Origin: Waterburya sp.
Lineage (GTDB): Bacteria > Cyanobacteriota > Cyanobacteriia > Cyanobacteriales > Xenococcaceae
Reading direction: 5' to 3'
Assembly (NCBI GenBank): GCA_965217895.1
Contig: CBDCJV010000001.1
Location: forward strand, 22,928-86,927
DNA: 64,000 bases
How positions within the stretch are numbered: the stretch's first letter is position 1; each line of letters begins with the position of its first letter. Below the pieces are notes generated by a model, which ran no database searches, had not been told where the DNA came from, and saw only the letters and a list, made by a program, of their open reading frames with translations. Below, one piece after another: positions 53,467 through 64,000 of this stretch. The position numbers and the translations under genes were made by a program.

Positions 53467-53591
53467 ACATAAAGTTAGTGTCAAGATGATTGTAAATTAG
53501 AGCTAATGATCATTTATATTCAGCTTTTTAAGTATTCATGCCTGAATCCCTACTAGAATAAATAGGGCAATTTTTTCTCTTCATCTTCAGC

Positions 53592-54947
53592 ATGGCATCT
53601 ATTCCCAACCCACGTCAGCTAGCTTTTTTCGCCCTCAAAAATGTTTACCAAAAAAAAGCCTATACTGATGTTGCGCTCAATCGCGTAATTAAATCTATGG
53701 GTAAATCGGCTGAAATTAGCCAGACAGATCGCAGTTTTGCCTGTGAATTGGTTTATGGAGTTGTCCGCCGTCAGCGAACTTTGGACGCTTTAATTGATTT
53801 ACGTGGAAAGAAAAAAGCAGCACAGCAACCTCCTGATTTACGGATTATTCTCCATCTGGGTTTATATCAGTTGCGGTATCTAGATCGTATTCCCGCTTCA
53901 GCAGCAGTCAATACCAGTGTGGAATTAGCTAAAGCTAACAATCTTTCTAGGCTTAGTGGCGTAGTTAACGGGTTGTTGCGAGGTTATGTACGCCAAGCCG
54001 AATCTGGCGATCCTCTAGAATTACCAGATGAACTAATGTCGAGATTGGGCATACAGCATAGCTTTCCTGACTGGATAGTAGAGACTTGGTTAGAACAATT
54101 ACCCGTTGAGGAGGTGGATCGATTACTTGCTTGGTTTAATCAGTCTCCCAAAATCGATCTGAGGGTAAATATTCTCAAAACTACTAGAGAAGAAGTAGAA
54201 AGCGTATTTAAAGCTGCTAACATTTCTATCGATCGCATCCCAGGATTACCTCAAGGATTGAGACTAGAAGGCGCGGGTGCAGTTACAGATTTGCCAGGCT
54301 ACAAACAAGGATGGTGGGTAATTCAAGACAGTAGCGCGCAGTTAGTGACGCATTTACTCGATCCTCAGCCTGGAGAAACAATAATTGACGCTTGTGCTGC
54401 ACCTGGGGGGAAAACTACCCATATAGCTGAATTAATAGGAGATAATGGTCAAATTATAGCGTGCGATCGCGCTGCTAAACGCTTAAATAAAGTTAGAGAA
54501 AACGCTGCACGCCTACAGTTGCGGTCTATTCAAATCGAAGTGGGAGATAGTTGCGACAAAAGTGAATTTGCGAATCTAGCCGATAGAGTACTTTTAGATG
54601 CCCCTTGTTCGGGTTTAGGCACGCTGCACAAACGCCCTGATATTCGCTGGCGACAAACCGCCCAAGCTATTGAGGAACTTTTTGAGCTACAAAGGGAACT
54701 ATTAGAACAGGCTGCTACTTGGGTAAAGCCAAAAGGTATTTTAGTGTATGCTACCTGTACTCTTAATATTTTAGAAAATGAAAAAGTAATACAATCGTTT
54801 TTAGAACAACACTCAAACTGGAGTATTCAATCTCCTGCTGATGAGATTACCAAAAGCTGGGCAACACCAGAAGGGTGGATTAAAGTCTATCCCCATCGTC
54901 ATAATATGGATGGCTTTTTTATGGTGAGATTAGAACGAGATTTATGA
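53592..54947 (+). CDS. rsmB: 16S rRNA m5C967 methyltransferase
   Basis: NusB-like N-terminus, DACAAPGGKT, DAPCSGLG, YATCT. Confidence 0.96.
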   Translation: MASIPNPRQLAFFALKNVYQKKAYTDVALNRVIKSMGKSAEISQTDRSFACELVYGVVRRQRTLDALIDLRGKKKAAQQPPDLRIILHLGLYQLRYLDRIPASAAVNTSVELAKANNLSRLSGVVNGLLRGYVRQAESGDPLELPDELMSRLGIQHSFPDWIVETWLEQLPVEEVDRLLAWFNQSPKIDLRVNILKTTREEVESVFKAANISIDRIPGLPQGLRLEGAGAVTDLPGYKQGWWVIQDSSAQLVTHLLDPQPGETIIDACAAPGGKTTHIAELIGDNGQIIACDRAAKRLNKVRENAARLQLRSIQIEVGDSCDKSEFANLADRVLLDAPCSGLGTLHKRPDIRWRQTAQAIEELFELQRELLEQAATWVKPKGILVYATCTLNILENEKVIQSFLEQHSNWSIQSPADEITKSWATPEGWIKVYPHRHNMDGFFMVRLERDL

Positions 54948-54948
54948 G

Positions 54949-55377
54949 ATGGGTCACAATAAAACTAAGAAAATGAAACAAATTTTGAAAATTATGATTG
55001 CGGCTGCTTGGATAGACGGGGTTATTCAACCAGAAGAGCGAGTTTATTTACGTCGCATGGCCAAAGATTTTCAACTAGTTGATGATCCAGAAATCAAGCC
55101 TCTACTATCAGAATTGAGACCAATTCAAGCTGTTGAATGTTATCAATGGCTTGATGATTATTTTGGCGAGGATCATTCCCCAGAGGATTATCTGGAATTG
55201 TTAGAAAAAATTAGTGGTTTAGTCTATAGCGATGGCTATGTAGACGTGAGAGAGGCTAAGTTAATTGAAGCGATTCAAAACTGCAATAACAATCTAGATT
55301 GCCGTAATTCTATCTTTGATAAAATGCTGCGAAAAATTCAGAAGCTATACCGTGCAGCAATTGAACAAAAAGTATAG
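54949..55377 (+). CDS. TerB-like protein
   Basis: AAWIDGVIQPEE and YSDGYVDVRE duplicated TerB-type motifs. Confidence 0.8.
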   Translation: MGHNKTKKMKQILKIMIAAAWIDGVIQPEERVYLRRMAKDFQLVDDPEIKPLLSELRPIQAVECYQWLDDYFGEDHSPEDYLELLEKISGLVYSDGYVDVREAKLIEAIQNCNNNLDCRNSIFDKMLRKIQKLYRAAIEQKV

Positions 55378-55650
55378 CTAGAGAAGTTCCCTAGCTTTGA
55401 TGTTGAGTATAGTAGTATCGCCAAAACAAGCAATAATATAGCCATCTAGTTCTGCTTCTCCTTTACGAATTTCATCAAGAATGCCGACAACGCTCAGAGC
55501 TTCATCATAGTGTACTTCGATGGAAACTGAACCCAGATCTGGATTACAAGCAATAATTTCCGTTCCAGGATTGGCAACCGAACGGGCGATCGCGCCAATT
55601 TTTTCGGTCATGCTAACGGTTGTATTAGGATTAATAACTTTGATTTTCAT
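55378..55650 (-). pseudogene. Asp/Glu/hydantoin (allantoin) racemase, N-terminal fragment
   Basis: VINPNTTVSMT, IIACFGD; ends at about 90 aa, well short of a full enzyme. Confidence 0.85.
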
Positions 55651-55674
55651 CGCTCAAATCTAATCATTAATTAT

Positions 55675-56295
55675 CTACTTAGTAATGGGATTTGTTTCTG
55701 GCTCTAAAGACGCTGGCTCTTCAAGCATCCGATCTTTTGATGACTTGGGCAAGACAAGGTTTAAGATCAAAGCGCAGCGAATTAAAGTTAAACCGATTAA
55801 AGTTACGGCTGTTCCCTTCACAAGTGGGGGAAAAACAGTTTTAGCAAATTGCAGAAAGCGACTCAAAATAATTTGGATAAACGAACTAAAAAACACTACG
55901 CCCAGAATTAATGCCAGAGTTTCTTCTGGTGTTTTATTGGCAGCGTTGCCTGCGGCAATAATGCTAAAAATAGGTGGTAAAAAAGCAAAGCTTGATCCTT
56001 GAATACTCAGCAAACCCGAACCAATTGAACCAATACGTCTGGCTTGGACGAATGTAGCAAATCCAGCTACAAATAAGGTCATCCCAATGATGTAGCTAAT
56101 ACTGGCAGCATCTAATTTTAAGGCTCAACCGATCAAAATGGCGGGAGTTACGCTGGGGACAAAAACCACGCAAACGTGCTGTAGGGAAACTAAAAAAGCG
56201 GTTTGAAACGGTGGATTATCTTCTAATCCCAAAATTAAATTACTTTGGTTTGGAATTGTAGTTTCAGTTGAATGGTTAAGTTCTGTATTTGTCAT
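55675..56295 (-). pseudogene. Uracil-xanthine (NCS2) permease remnant
   Basis: LQHV motif, GSGLLSIQGSSFAF, FPPLV; in-frame TGA at 56125-56127 and a large internal deletion. Confidence 0.85.
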
Positions 56296-56375
56296 TTTTC
56301 TCCTTGCATAACTACTTAAAGTTTTTGTAGCTAATTATTTAGCAAATCAACCAAATGCTTGGCTATTCGTCCTAT

Positions 56376-56550
56376 TTAAAATGCAAAAATCGTACGGATT
56401 GTGCCAATATAATCAGCGTTATTGTCTTCATTATGTTCTGGGTTAGTTATGACTAGTAAACCAGGAGTAATATTAATATTGTCGTTAAATTGGTAACGAT
56501 AAAATGCTTCGATCCCATAAGATGTGTTTTCATCTTCAAATTCTTCTACC
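56376..56550 (-). pseudogene. C-terminal fragment of a cyanobacterial OprB-type porin
   Basis: IEAFYRYQFNDNINITPG...GTIRTIFAF with terminal Phe. Confidence 0.8.
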
Positions 56551-56833
56551 TCATTGATGAGAGAATGAACGATGGCATGAAAAGATGAAATCAAGTTTTA
56601 CTTGTAGCTATTAATATCATAGAAAATACAAATGTTTGCCAAATAGTCAGAGATTGAGTACCTGTAATCCCAAACCCCATCACTAACGAAGTGATTAAGA
56701 TAACGATAACGAGCAGACCCAGAAGTATTACTTTAGGCAAAGCTTTTTGTGGCTGATGCACGTCTCCAACGAACAAATTAACGATAAATGCCAGCGCGAT
56801 GGCGATCGCAAATCCAATTCCAAACGTGAAGTA

Positions 56834-56998
56834 ATACCAACTCTCTATGACAATGCACTAAATAAAATCTAACCCCTTAGCGTCTGTCTTGGTGCGCGTT
56901 CCCTTGCGCCTTACGTCGACGCGGGGTCGCACCGCTTTGCGTCTTTGCGAGAGTTTTAAGCTCAAATAATTAAGTGCAACTTCAAGGAGAAATGGTAT
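56834..56998. mobile_element. MITE-like element with imperfect 26-bp terminal inverted repeats
   Basis: ATACCAACTCTCTATGACAATGCACT versus reverse complement of AGTGCAACTTCAAGGAGAAATGGTAT (19/26 by eye). Confidence 0.6.
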
Positions 56999-57322
56999 AA
57001 CCTGTTAGATCGCTGCTTTTTCTGAATGAGGCGCATATTTTAGGATGACATAACAGGTAATTCGTGTAAATCTACCGCCAGCAGAATCCCTTTGCGTTGA
57101 CTTGATGAAGTAAGGTTCGCCTGCATTTTCTTCGTACCAAGCCCGAACTGGTGTTAACGTTCCTGCTAAGGCGAATAAGTCCTCTGAGAGTAATTTAGTT
57201 GATTATTTGTCAGTTATGGATTGCGTTTGTTTGGACGGTATTTTCTTACAAATAATTAACATAGACAATCATCTTATTTCCTTCCTAATGTACAAAAATG
57301 TCAGATTAGGCTTTACGCCTAA

Positions 57323-57395
57323 TGGAGCATAGCGGATTTGAACCGCTGACATCTTGCATGCCATGCAAGCACTCTACCAACTGAGCTAATGCCCC
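57323..57395 (-). tRNA. tRNA-Ala(GGC)
   Basis: GGGGCATTAGCTCAGTTGGTAGAGTGCTTGCATGGCATGCAAGATGTCAGCGGTTCAAATCCGCTATGCTCCA; G3-U70 pair. Confidence 0.97.
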
Positions 57396-57448
57396 AATAC
57401 TTGAACAATATTATCACAACTAGATCGTGGAGTTAACCAAAATGAAGA

Positions 57449-57631
57449 TTAACTAAAACTACTTATACAATTGCCAGCAATAAAATAAACTACCAACATA
57501 GCAGCAGCGGATGCAGCAACAAGTGTACCAGCAAGCATTAAAGAGAACTCTTGCTGTTCCAAAGCCGATTGCATTAGATGCAGCGACCATGCTACTAAAG
57601 CAACATCAAATATGAGAATTGGAATCAGCAT
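57449..57631 (-). CDS. Small two-TM hypothetical protein
   Basis: 60-aa hydrophobic ORF co-oriented downstream of hisF. Confidence 0.65.
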   Translation of the reverse strand: MLIPILIFDVALVAWSLHLMQSALEQQEFSLMLAGTLVAASAAAMLVVYFIAGNCISSFS

Positions 57632-57729
57632 CTTTTACGAAATGTAAACTAATTATTATTCTAATACACAATTTTTAAGTTTTGTCAGTAAAACTTCTTT
57701 TTTTAAGCTTTACTTAGAAGATGTCTAAA

Positions 57730-58500
57730 TTAACCTATCCGTACAGGAACTTGACGCTCTTGCAAATAGGCTTTAATCTCTGAGACACTTAGTTGTCCAA
57801 AATGTAGTAAGGAAGCTAAAAGAGCAGCTTCTGCTCGACCCTGATCTAAAGCTTCATAAATATGCTGACAGTTTCCTGCCCCGCCAGAGGCAATCACAGG
57901 AATCTCTACTTGCTCAGCAATTGAACGAGTTAGATTGAGATCGTATCCTGCCTGTGTTCCATCAGCATCCATACTAGTGACTAATAATTCTCCAGCACCT
58001 CTTTTTGCCATTTCTTTCGCCCAGACGATCGCATCAATACCCGTATTCTTCCTGCCCCCACGTACATATACGTCCCAGCCAGGATTATTAAGATCGACAC
58101 GTTGACGGGCATCGATCGCCACGACAATACATTGTTTGCCAAAGCGATCGCTAGCACGATTAATTAAGTCAGGGTTACGAACTGCTGCGGAATTGATGCT
58201 AACTTTATCCGCTCCCGCTCTTAACAAAATTTTAATATTTTCTAAGGATTGAATACCCCCCCCAACCGTCAGAGGAATAAAAACTTGTTCTGCCGTGCGA
58301 TAAACGACATCTACAATTGTGCCTCGATCTTCATGGGTAGCAGTAATATCAAGAAACACAAGCTCATCTGCTCCAGCATCATTATAAACTTTAGCTAGTT
58401 CTATCGGATCTCCTGCGTCTTTGAGATCGACAAAATTAACGCCTTTAACTACTCTTCCTGCATTGACATCAAGACATGGCAATATTCTTTTAGCAAGCAT
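57730..58500 (-). CDS. hisF: Imidazole glycerol phosphate synthase cyclase subunit
   Basis: [35 protein letters not shown]. Confidence 0.98.
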   Translation of the reverse strand: MLAKRILPCLDVNAGRVVKGVNFVDLKDAGDPIELAKVYNDAGADELVFLDITATHEDRGTIVDVVYRTAEQVFIPLTVGGGIQSLENIKILLRAGADKVSINSAAVRNPDLINRASDRFGKQCIVVAIDARQRVDLNNPGWDVYVRGGRKNTGIDAIVWAKEMAKRGAGELLVTSMDADGTQAGYDLNLTRSIAEQVEIPVIASGGAGNCQHIYEALDQGRAEAALLASLLHFGQLSVSEIKAYLQERQVPVRIG

Positions 58501-58633
58501 AGTTCGTTTTTTCTTGTTTAGAGTTAAAGAAAATTTAATTTGTTGCAGAGAAAATTCTACCTCGATCGGTGTAATCTGACCAAATATCTTACAGACTCAA
58601 TCGCTTCAATCAGCTTACTTCCACGCAGCGGTA

Positions 58634-59380
58634 CTAGCTGAGTTCTTCCTGCAACATATTTTGATATATTTTTGGCAAATAATCACTCATAGAGTTAGTT
58701 TCTATGCCATAACCAAGGCTAGTCCAAGTACCTGAAAGCAGCTTTAATACTTCAGTAATTTTGCCCTGTCGCAAAAGCTGCCGAATATCTGTTCCCCAAG
58801 CGTTAGAATCACTTAACCACTCGTAAACTACTGCATCTTGATATTTTGCTTCAAAGCTATAGGTTTTCCAACGCCAAATACCCAATGGGCGAGGATGATA
58901 TAGTTGAGCCTGCTTATTCCAGGTAAAATCAAGCATTTGATAACGTCCAGCCGCGGTGCTACATTGCCCTACATTTGGTCCAGCAACAATTGGCACACAG
59001 ACTTCAGGGTGGTGGCTAAGATCGTCAACGTACTGACCACCATAAACTACGTTGTAAGGTCGTTTGACGTTAGCTTCGCTAGCTGTGATAGTTCGCATTA
59101 AGGCTCGTATATAAGGATCGCCTCCTGCCATCATTAAAGGCTGCGTACTATATAAACTTGTATTATATGCGTGGGGTGCTTCAGACGAGTTTCTACCACG
59201 CCAATCTGGAAAAAGCTGGGAAAATAACTGTCTAGAAGCTTGCCAATGAGCATCAGTTTGAGACTTGCTAATCTGTCCTCTTAACTTAAATAAAATTAAG
59301 ATTAGACATCCAAGATAGAGAAACTTGCTCGCTTTGTTACTTAGTTGCATTTTAGGCAGCTTGATTAAACAGTTTGACAA
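58634..59380 (-). CDS. Lambda-type lysozyme / GH104 lytic transglycosylase
   Basis: RALMRTITASE, YNVVYGG, STAAGRYQML, TWTSL; start uncertain. Confidence 0.88.
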   Translation of the reverse strand: MSNCLIKLPKMQLSNKASKFLYLGCLILILFKLRGQISKSQTDAHWQASRQLFSQLFPDWRGRNSSEAPHAYNTSLYSTQPLMMAGGDPYIRALMRTITASEANVKRPYNVVYGGQYVDDLSHHPEVCVPIVAGPNVGQCSTAAGRYQMLDFTWNKQAQLYHPRPLGIWRWKTYSFEAKYQDAVVYEWLSDSNAWGTDIRQLLRQGKITEVLKLLSGTWTSLGYGIETNSMSDYLPKIYQNMLQEELS

Positions 59381-59417
59381 TAAAACAATGAAAAATTATA
59401 GATCTTGCTGCCAAACT

Positions 59418-60077
59418 TTAAGAAACATCGCTAAATAACTGTGACCAGGTTTTTTCTTCGGCTGTGGGACAAGTAATAATTTCGACAATTTTTGATTTTG
59501 CAGCAGGCTGAAATGCAGCTTCTACGCAAACCTGGGCAACTTTTTCACGAGGAATGCTACCTTCAAATAAAGTATCAGCAGCGGACATAAGAACTGGTTC
59601 AGAATTATTTTCAGTTTTTAATCCTCCTGGTCTAACAATTGTGTAGGGGATACCGCTAGCTTGAATATAGGATTCAGCCTGCTTTTTCCAGTACAGAACT
59701 AGCCAAAACAGATTTAAAGGGTGAAAAAATTTAGACACACACAAAGAAGAAACTAAAATTAGATGCTCAACACCTTGAGCCTTGGCTGCATCAACTAAAT
59801 TCTTCGTGCCTTGATAATCAACCTGATAAGGTCCAGTAGGATCTAAACTAGGACTAGCCCCAGTAGCGCAAATTAAAACGTTACAATCAGAAAGAGCCGA
59901 CTCAAAAGTTGCTGGGTTTAAGACATCTCCTTGTATTAATTCTGCTGCCTCAGGAATCACGGTCTGAGCTTGTTCGAGGTCGCGAACTAGTGCTTTTACA
60001 GAGACGTTTTTTGCTAATAGCTGTCTAACAATGAGTTTACCAGTTTGCCCAGTAGCTCCTGCAACAAATATGTCCAT
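59418..60077 (-). CDS. Atypical SDR / NAD(P)-binding protein
   Basis: VAGATGQTG, VDYQGTKNL, YTIVRPGGL. Confidence 0.9.
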   Translation of the reverse strand: MDIFVAGATGQTGKLIVRQLLAKNVSVKALVRDLEQAQTVIPEAAELIQGDVLNPATFESALSDCNVLICATGASPSLDPTGPYQVDYQGTKNLVDAAKAQGVEHLILVSSLCVSKFFHPLNLFWLVLYWKKQAESYIQASGIPYTIVRPGGLKTENNSEPVLMSAADTLFEGSIPREKVAQVCVEAAFQPAAKSKIVEIITCPTAEEKTWSQLFSDVS

Positions 60078-60193
60078 AGAAATCTAAATCACACCTGTCT
60101 CAAAAAAAAAGTGTTTTGCTGATAATTAACACCATTATTGTAATCATCTTAACAGTAAGGGAATGTTCTAAAACGGTAATTTAAATAAATAGT

Positions 60194-60931
60194 ATGCAGT
60201 CCAAATTTATTAATCACCCGCAAAATTCATTTTCACCAGGATCTTCATCTGATTCTATGCAGCTTACTTATACTAATTCTCTTGAACAGCCAAGAACTTA
60301 TGTCTTTAACGTCAGCTTTATTGGGCGAATGGATATGTATAGCGATGTAGATACGGTGGCTAAATACCTTAATGCTCATGAAGGTTGGTTTTGTCGCTGC
60401 GCTCAACCAATGAAGGTTGAACCTTTAGAAGACGATGGTTACATTTTGACTGTAGGACAGTATGGCGCGTTTGGTTACGAAGTAGAGCCAAAAATTGGCG
60501 TGGTTTTAAATCCGCCTACAGGCAATATTTATCAGATGCACACCATTCCTATTCCTGAGTATTATCCGCCTGGATATAATGTTAATTATCAGGCATCGAT
60601 GGAATTAACTGAGGTGACTGTAGATCGGGATGATACTTTGAAAAGTGGCTTGTTTTCTAAGAAGATTACACTACCAAGCCGTATTACTGAAGTTAAGTGG
60701 AGTTTAGATTTAGGCGTTGAGGTAGAATTTCCTCAATTTATGGCTAAAATTTCCTTGTCTTTAATTCAATCTACAGGCGATCGCCTTTTAGGACAAATTG
60801 TTCGTCAAGTTTCCCCTCGTTTGACCTATAAGGTACAGCAAGATTTTCATAATAGTCATAATCTTTCAATGCCACCAAAAGGCAGTAGACAACTTGATAA
60901 AGTTAATAAATCATCAAAGTGCGTTGCTTAG
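60194..60931 (+). CDS. DUF1997-like protein
   Basis: YLNAHEGWFCRCAQPM, GDRLLGQIVRQVS, VQQDFH. Confidence 0.8.
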   Translation: MQSKFINHPQNSFSPGSSSDSMQLTYTNSLEQPRTYVFNVSFIGRMDMYSDVDTVAKYLNAHEGWFCRCAQPMKVEPLEDDGYILTVGQYGAFGYEVEPKIGVVLNPPTGNIYQMHTIPIPEYYPPGYNVNYQASMELTEVTVDRDDTLKSGLFSKKITLPSRITEVKWSLDLGVEVEFPQFMAKISLSLIQSTGDRLLGQIVRQVSPRLTYKVQQDFHNSHNLSMPPKGSRQLDKVNKSSKCVA

Positions 60932-61024
60932 AAATATCAAATTGGGCATTAGTGATTTAAAGTATCAAACCGAAAATAATACTGTTCGTAGCTATTAGCT
61001 TTTAGCTTTTAATCATTTTGCTCT

Positions 61025-61714
61025 ATGGTAATGAAATTAGCAAAAGTCGCTCCTTTTGGGCGATCGCTCGATGAATATACTAAAATGTTTGACCTCTCCT
61101 TCAAGGATCTACAGCAAAGGATTCTGGGGGTAGGAGATGGTCCAGCCAGCTTTAATGCCGAAGGGACAAAAGCAGAGGTAAAGATTACTTCTGTAGATCC
61201 TATTTATCAGTTTGACGGTGCAGAAATTAGGCAGCGATTCGATGAGGTGGTGGATAATATTATCGATCAGGTAATTGCTACTCCTAATAATTGGGTGTGG
61301 CAATATCATTCATCACCCCAAGCCTTGAAAAACAGTCGCATCGAAAGCCTTGAGCTTTTTTTAGAGGATTATAGCCAGGGAAAACAAGACAAAAGATATC
61401 TCAATCAAGAGTTACCCCATTTAGATTTTGCCGATCGCAGCTTCGACTTAGCATTATGTTCTCATTTTTTGTTTTTATATTCTGAACATTGCGATCGCGA
61501 CTTTCATATCGCTTCAATCAAAGAAATGCTTAGAGTTAGCCAAGAGGTAAGAATATTTCCGCTATTGACATTAACGCAGGAAACCTCTCCCTATTTAGAT
61601 TTTGTTATGACTGAATTTAGCAACTGGGGATATTCTGTAGCAATTAAAACTGTACCTTATGAGCTTCAACCAGGTGGCAACAAAATGCTGGTAATCAGAC
61701 CAGAAAGCTCATGA
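61025..61714 (+). CDS. SAM-dependent methyltransferase
   Basis: GVGDGPASF, FDLALCSHFLFLY, EVRIFP. Confidence 0.87.
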   Translation: MVMKLAKVAPFGRSLDEYTKMFDLSFKDLQQRILGVGDGPASFNAEGTKAEVKITSVDPIYQFDGAEIRQRFDEVVDNIIDQVIATPNNWVWQYHSSPQALKNSRIESLELFLEDYSQGKQDKRYLNQELPHLDFADRSFDLALCSHFLFLYSEHCDRDFHIASIKEMLRVSQEVRIFPLLTLTQETSPYLDFVMTEFSNWGYSVAIKTVPYELQPGGNKMLVIRPESS

Positions 61715-61822
61715 TTGTTCATGATAAAAAATAGGACTCAATTAATTATTTTTTTGGCTGAACTTCTAGCTCAGGTTATTTTAAATTCAATCAAATAAAA
61801 AAATCAGTTTTAAAGACAGAAA

Positions 61823-62896
61823 ATGGTGGAAAAGCCTCAGCCTACAAAGAAAAAATTTCTCAATTCAATTAACTATTTTAGAGGAATAGCAATTATTCTA
61901 ATTGTGTCAGGTCATTGTAAAGGGTTAGGTGGTTGGGATGACATATCAACTAATGCCGAAAAGCTGCTTTATTCTCTGATTTCAAATGGAAGCGTTTATT
62001 TTGTATTTATTTCGGGGTTTTTGTACAATCATATTTTTTACCATAAATTTGAATACAAAAAGTTTATGAAGAAAAAGGCACAGTTTGTGCTTTTACCTTA
62101 TTTGCTTTGTTCGTTAGTTCCTATATTACTTACTGTGTTTGTAGGTGACGGTGGAAAATTTTTCCCCGATAGCTTGAGAGGACGACCATTTTTAGCAATT
62201 ATTTGGTTTTTAGTTACAGGTAGAATTAATTTTGCCTATTGGTATATTCCCATGGTAATGATTTTATTCGCTATTTCGCCTCTAATTAACTGGATTATCA
62301 GATCGAACAAAGTATTACTAGCAATTTTGTTTTTGTTGCCTATTTAATTAATTGTTCATCGACCAATAAATGATATTAATTCCATTCATTCTTTAATTTA
62401 TTTTTTGCCTGTATATTTAATTGGAATCTGGAGTTCAATCAATAATGAAAAGATTTATGCTTATCTAAAAGATAATAAGAAAAAGGCGGCTATGGTCTTA
62501 ATGGCGATCGCGCTAGGTTTAATTCAAGTTTTTATATTTCAAGAATCAGGTAATTTTACCAAAGAATTTTGGTCGATTACGGTTTTTGATGTTAATTTAC
62601 TTTAGAAAATTTTGCTCTGCTTTCTGTTTATGTCTATTCTCGATTATTATGAAAATGCTGATATTAGCAGCATGAAAAAGACGGCAGAAACCAGCTTTGC
62701 TATTTACTTTATTCATCCATTTTTAATTAACGCTATTTATAGCATTGCTAAGAAATTAAATTTAAATTTAAGTTATCAAGGAAACTTTTTTACTTTGGTA
62801 TTGGCAACTTTTTTAATAGTTATTATTTCCATGGCGATCGCTTACGGTATCAAAGCTATCCTGAAAAAGAATAGCCGTTATCTTATTGGCTGGTAA
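61823..62896 (+). pseudogene. Acyltransferase-3 family membrane protein with two in-frame stops
   Basis: FRGIAI..IV.GH, FVFISGFL, YWYI, SFAIYFIH in one frame; TAA 62345-62347 and TAG 62603-62605. Confidence 0.88.
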
Positions 62897-62920
62897 AATT
62901 TGGTAGTTAAGCCAAATTTT

Positions 62921-63208
62921 TTATTTATTAAGCATTCGATTAACTTCGTCGGGTTTTAATCTTTGAATATTTTGAAAATGCTCTATTTGCTGTAATTGGC
63001 TTCTCGCTTCTGTATAATTACTAATACGCAATAATACCATATCTTCATAAACAGACTCTTCTAACTCGACAATCTCTAAAATTAATTCTTGTAAATGTTT
63101 TCTGTCAATATCATTATTCAAGTATTTTAAAAAAGAGCCACGTTTCCATTGACGCACTGTAACTAAACACCATTGTCCAGTATTAAGAGATTGATTGGTA
63201 GATTCCAT
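62921..63208 (-). CDS. Hypothetical protein, NusG N-terminal (NGN)-like domain only
   Basis: WCLVTV, LQELILEI, VYEDMVLLRI, LKPDEVNRML follow the NGN pattern. Confidence 0.6.
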   Translation of the reverse strand: MESTNQSLNTGQWCLVTVRQWKRGSFLKYLNNDIDRKHLQELILEIVELEESVYEDMVLLRISNYTEARSQLQQIEHFQNIQRLKPDEVNRMLNK

Positions 63209-63427
63209 ATTTTAAATGACTATTTATACTGACAAATTATGGCTTAATTTTCCTACTGATGGTTTTATTTGTAAACAAAACACTCTTGAAACCAGTTCCG
63301 ACAAGCGAAACAAAGATGAATCAAATAATGGTATTAACCTAGGCATTTCTAACTTAAATGACTACAGTTGAAAACTGTTGCTTCTCAACTGCGATCGCAA
63401 TTTTTTGACGCTATCTCAAAAGAATTA

Positions 63428-64000
63428 TCATAAGCGGTAAGCCGTGATTAAAGTAACGGGATTAAGAGGAGTAAAGCGGGTTAGGTGATGTACTGGCAGT
63501 GAACGAGATATCTGTAGTTGTAATAGGCGATATTGCCAGGAATTATTGCTGAACCAATTAATTGCTTGAAAGTGATGCTCAATAGTAGCAAATGCCATAA
63601 CTATAATTCCATTTTCTGTTAGCTTTTGACTGCAATAATTTAGAATATCAATTAAGTTTCCGCCACTGCCACCAATAAAAATGCGATCGGGATTAGGTAA
63701 ATTTAATAGAGCTTTTGGTGCTTTGCCGTTGATACTGCTTATGTTATCGACTTTAAATCTTTGACTATTTTTGGTAATTAAATTTGAACCCATGCTAGTC
63801 TTTTCGATCGCAAATACCTTAGAAGTAGGAGATAATCTAGCAATTTCAATGGAGACTGAACCTGTTCCTGCGCCAATATCCCATACCGTTTGGCTTGGCT
63901 GTAGTGATAATTCCCCCAAAATAGACAAACGAATTTCTTTTTTAGTAATTAAACTAGGGCGATCGCTAAAGCTCAAAAAACTGCTGTCAGGTAATCCGAT
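63428..64000 (-). CDS. cbiT: Precorrin-6Y methyltransferase/decarboxylase, CbiT domain (5' part outside window)
   Basis: LITKKEIR, WDIGAGTGSVSIE, PDRIFIGGSGG. Confidence 0.93.
   Translation of the reverse strand: MGLPDSSFLSFSDRPSLITKKEIRLSILGELSLQPSQTVWDIGAGTGSVSIEIARLSPTSKVFAIEKTSMGSNLITKNSQRFKVDNISSINGKAPKALLNLPNPDRIFIGGSGGNLIDILNYCSQKLTENGIIVMAFATIEHHFQAINWFSNNSWQYRLLQLQISRSLPVHHLTRFTPLNPVTLITAYRL

Noticed and set aside
58634..59380. Phage endolysin implying a prophage
   Set aside because: Flanked by core genes (hisF, SDR) with no holin or structural genes; likely a resident GH104 gene.
62345..62605. Stop-codon reassignment or readthrough
   Set aside because: Internal stops in the window are of all three types (TAA, TAG, TGA) and core genes end normally with them; pseudogenisation is simpler.

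Overview
Cyanobacterial chromosome window (AT-rich, frequent HIP1 GCGATCGC, psb27, ftsH2-type gene). Bases 1 to ~26,000 look like an accessory region. It holds a class-B flavoprotein resembling single-component halogenases and a eukaryote-like P450 lacking the I-helix acid-Thr pair. These are followed by a divergent HTH-NB-ARC-WD40 protein, a HlyD/ABC exporter, a tandem RHH protein and an aroA-aroC-aroK operon whose aroC duplicates the one at 45-46 kb. Further right are wrbA, a RidA gene, a PecM/PecS pair with three operators, nested IS and integrase debris, trpB2 and ada. The best candidate for an undescribed system is a chorismate-fed halogenated-aromatic or biaryl biosynthetic locus; this is inference, not demonstration. 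One IS carries a 232-bp hairpin-rich element with heptamer-repeat arms and an exact 8-bp target duplication. The remainder is mostly core genes (cysK, pstB, psb27, pnp, ftsH, dut, aroC, Ni/Co ECF transporter, rsmB, hisF, cbiET, tRNA-Cys, tRNA-Ala) with several pseudogenes, small repeats, two structured intergenic candidates and a possible stand-alone NusG N-terminal domain. All calls are from motif reading and recall; no searches were run.
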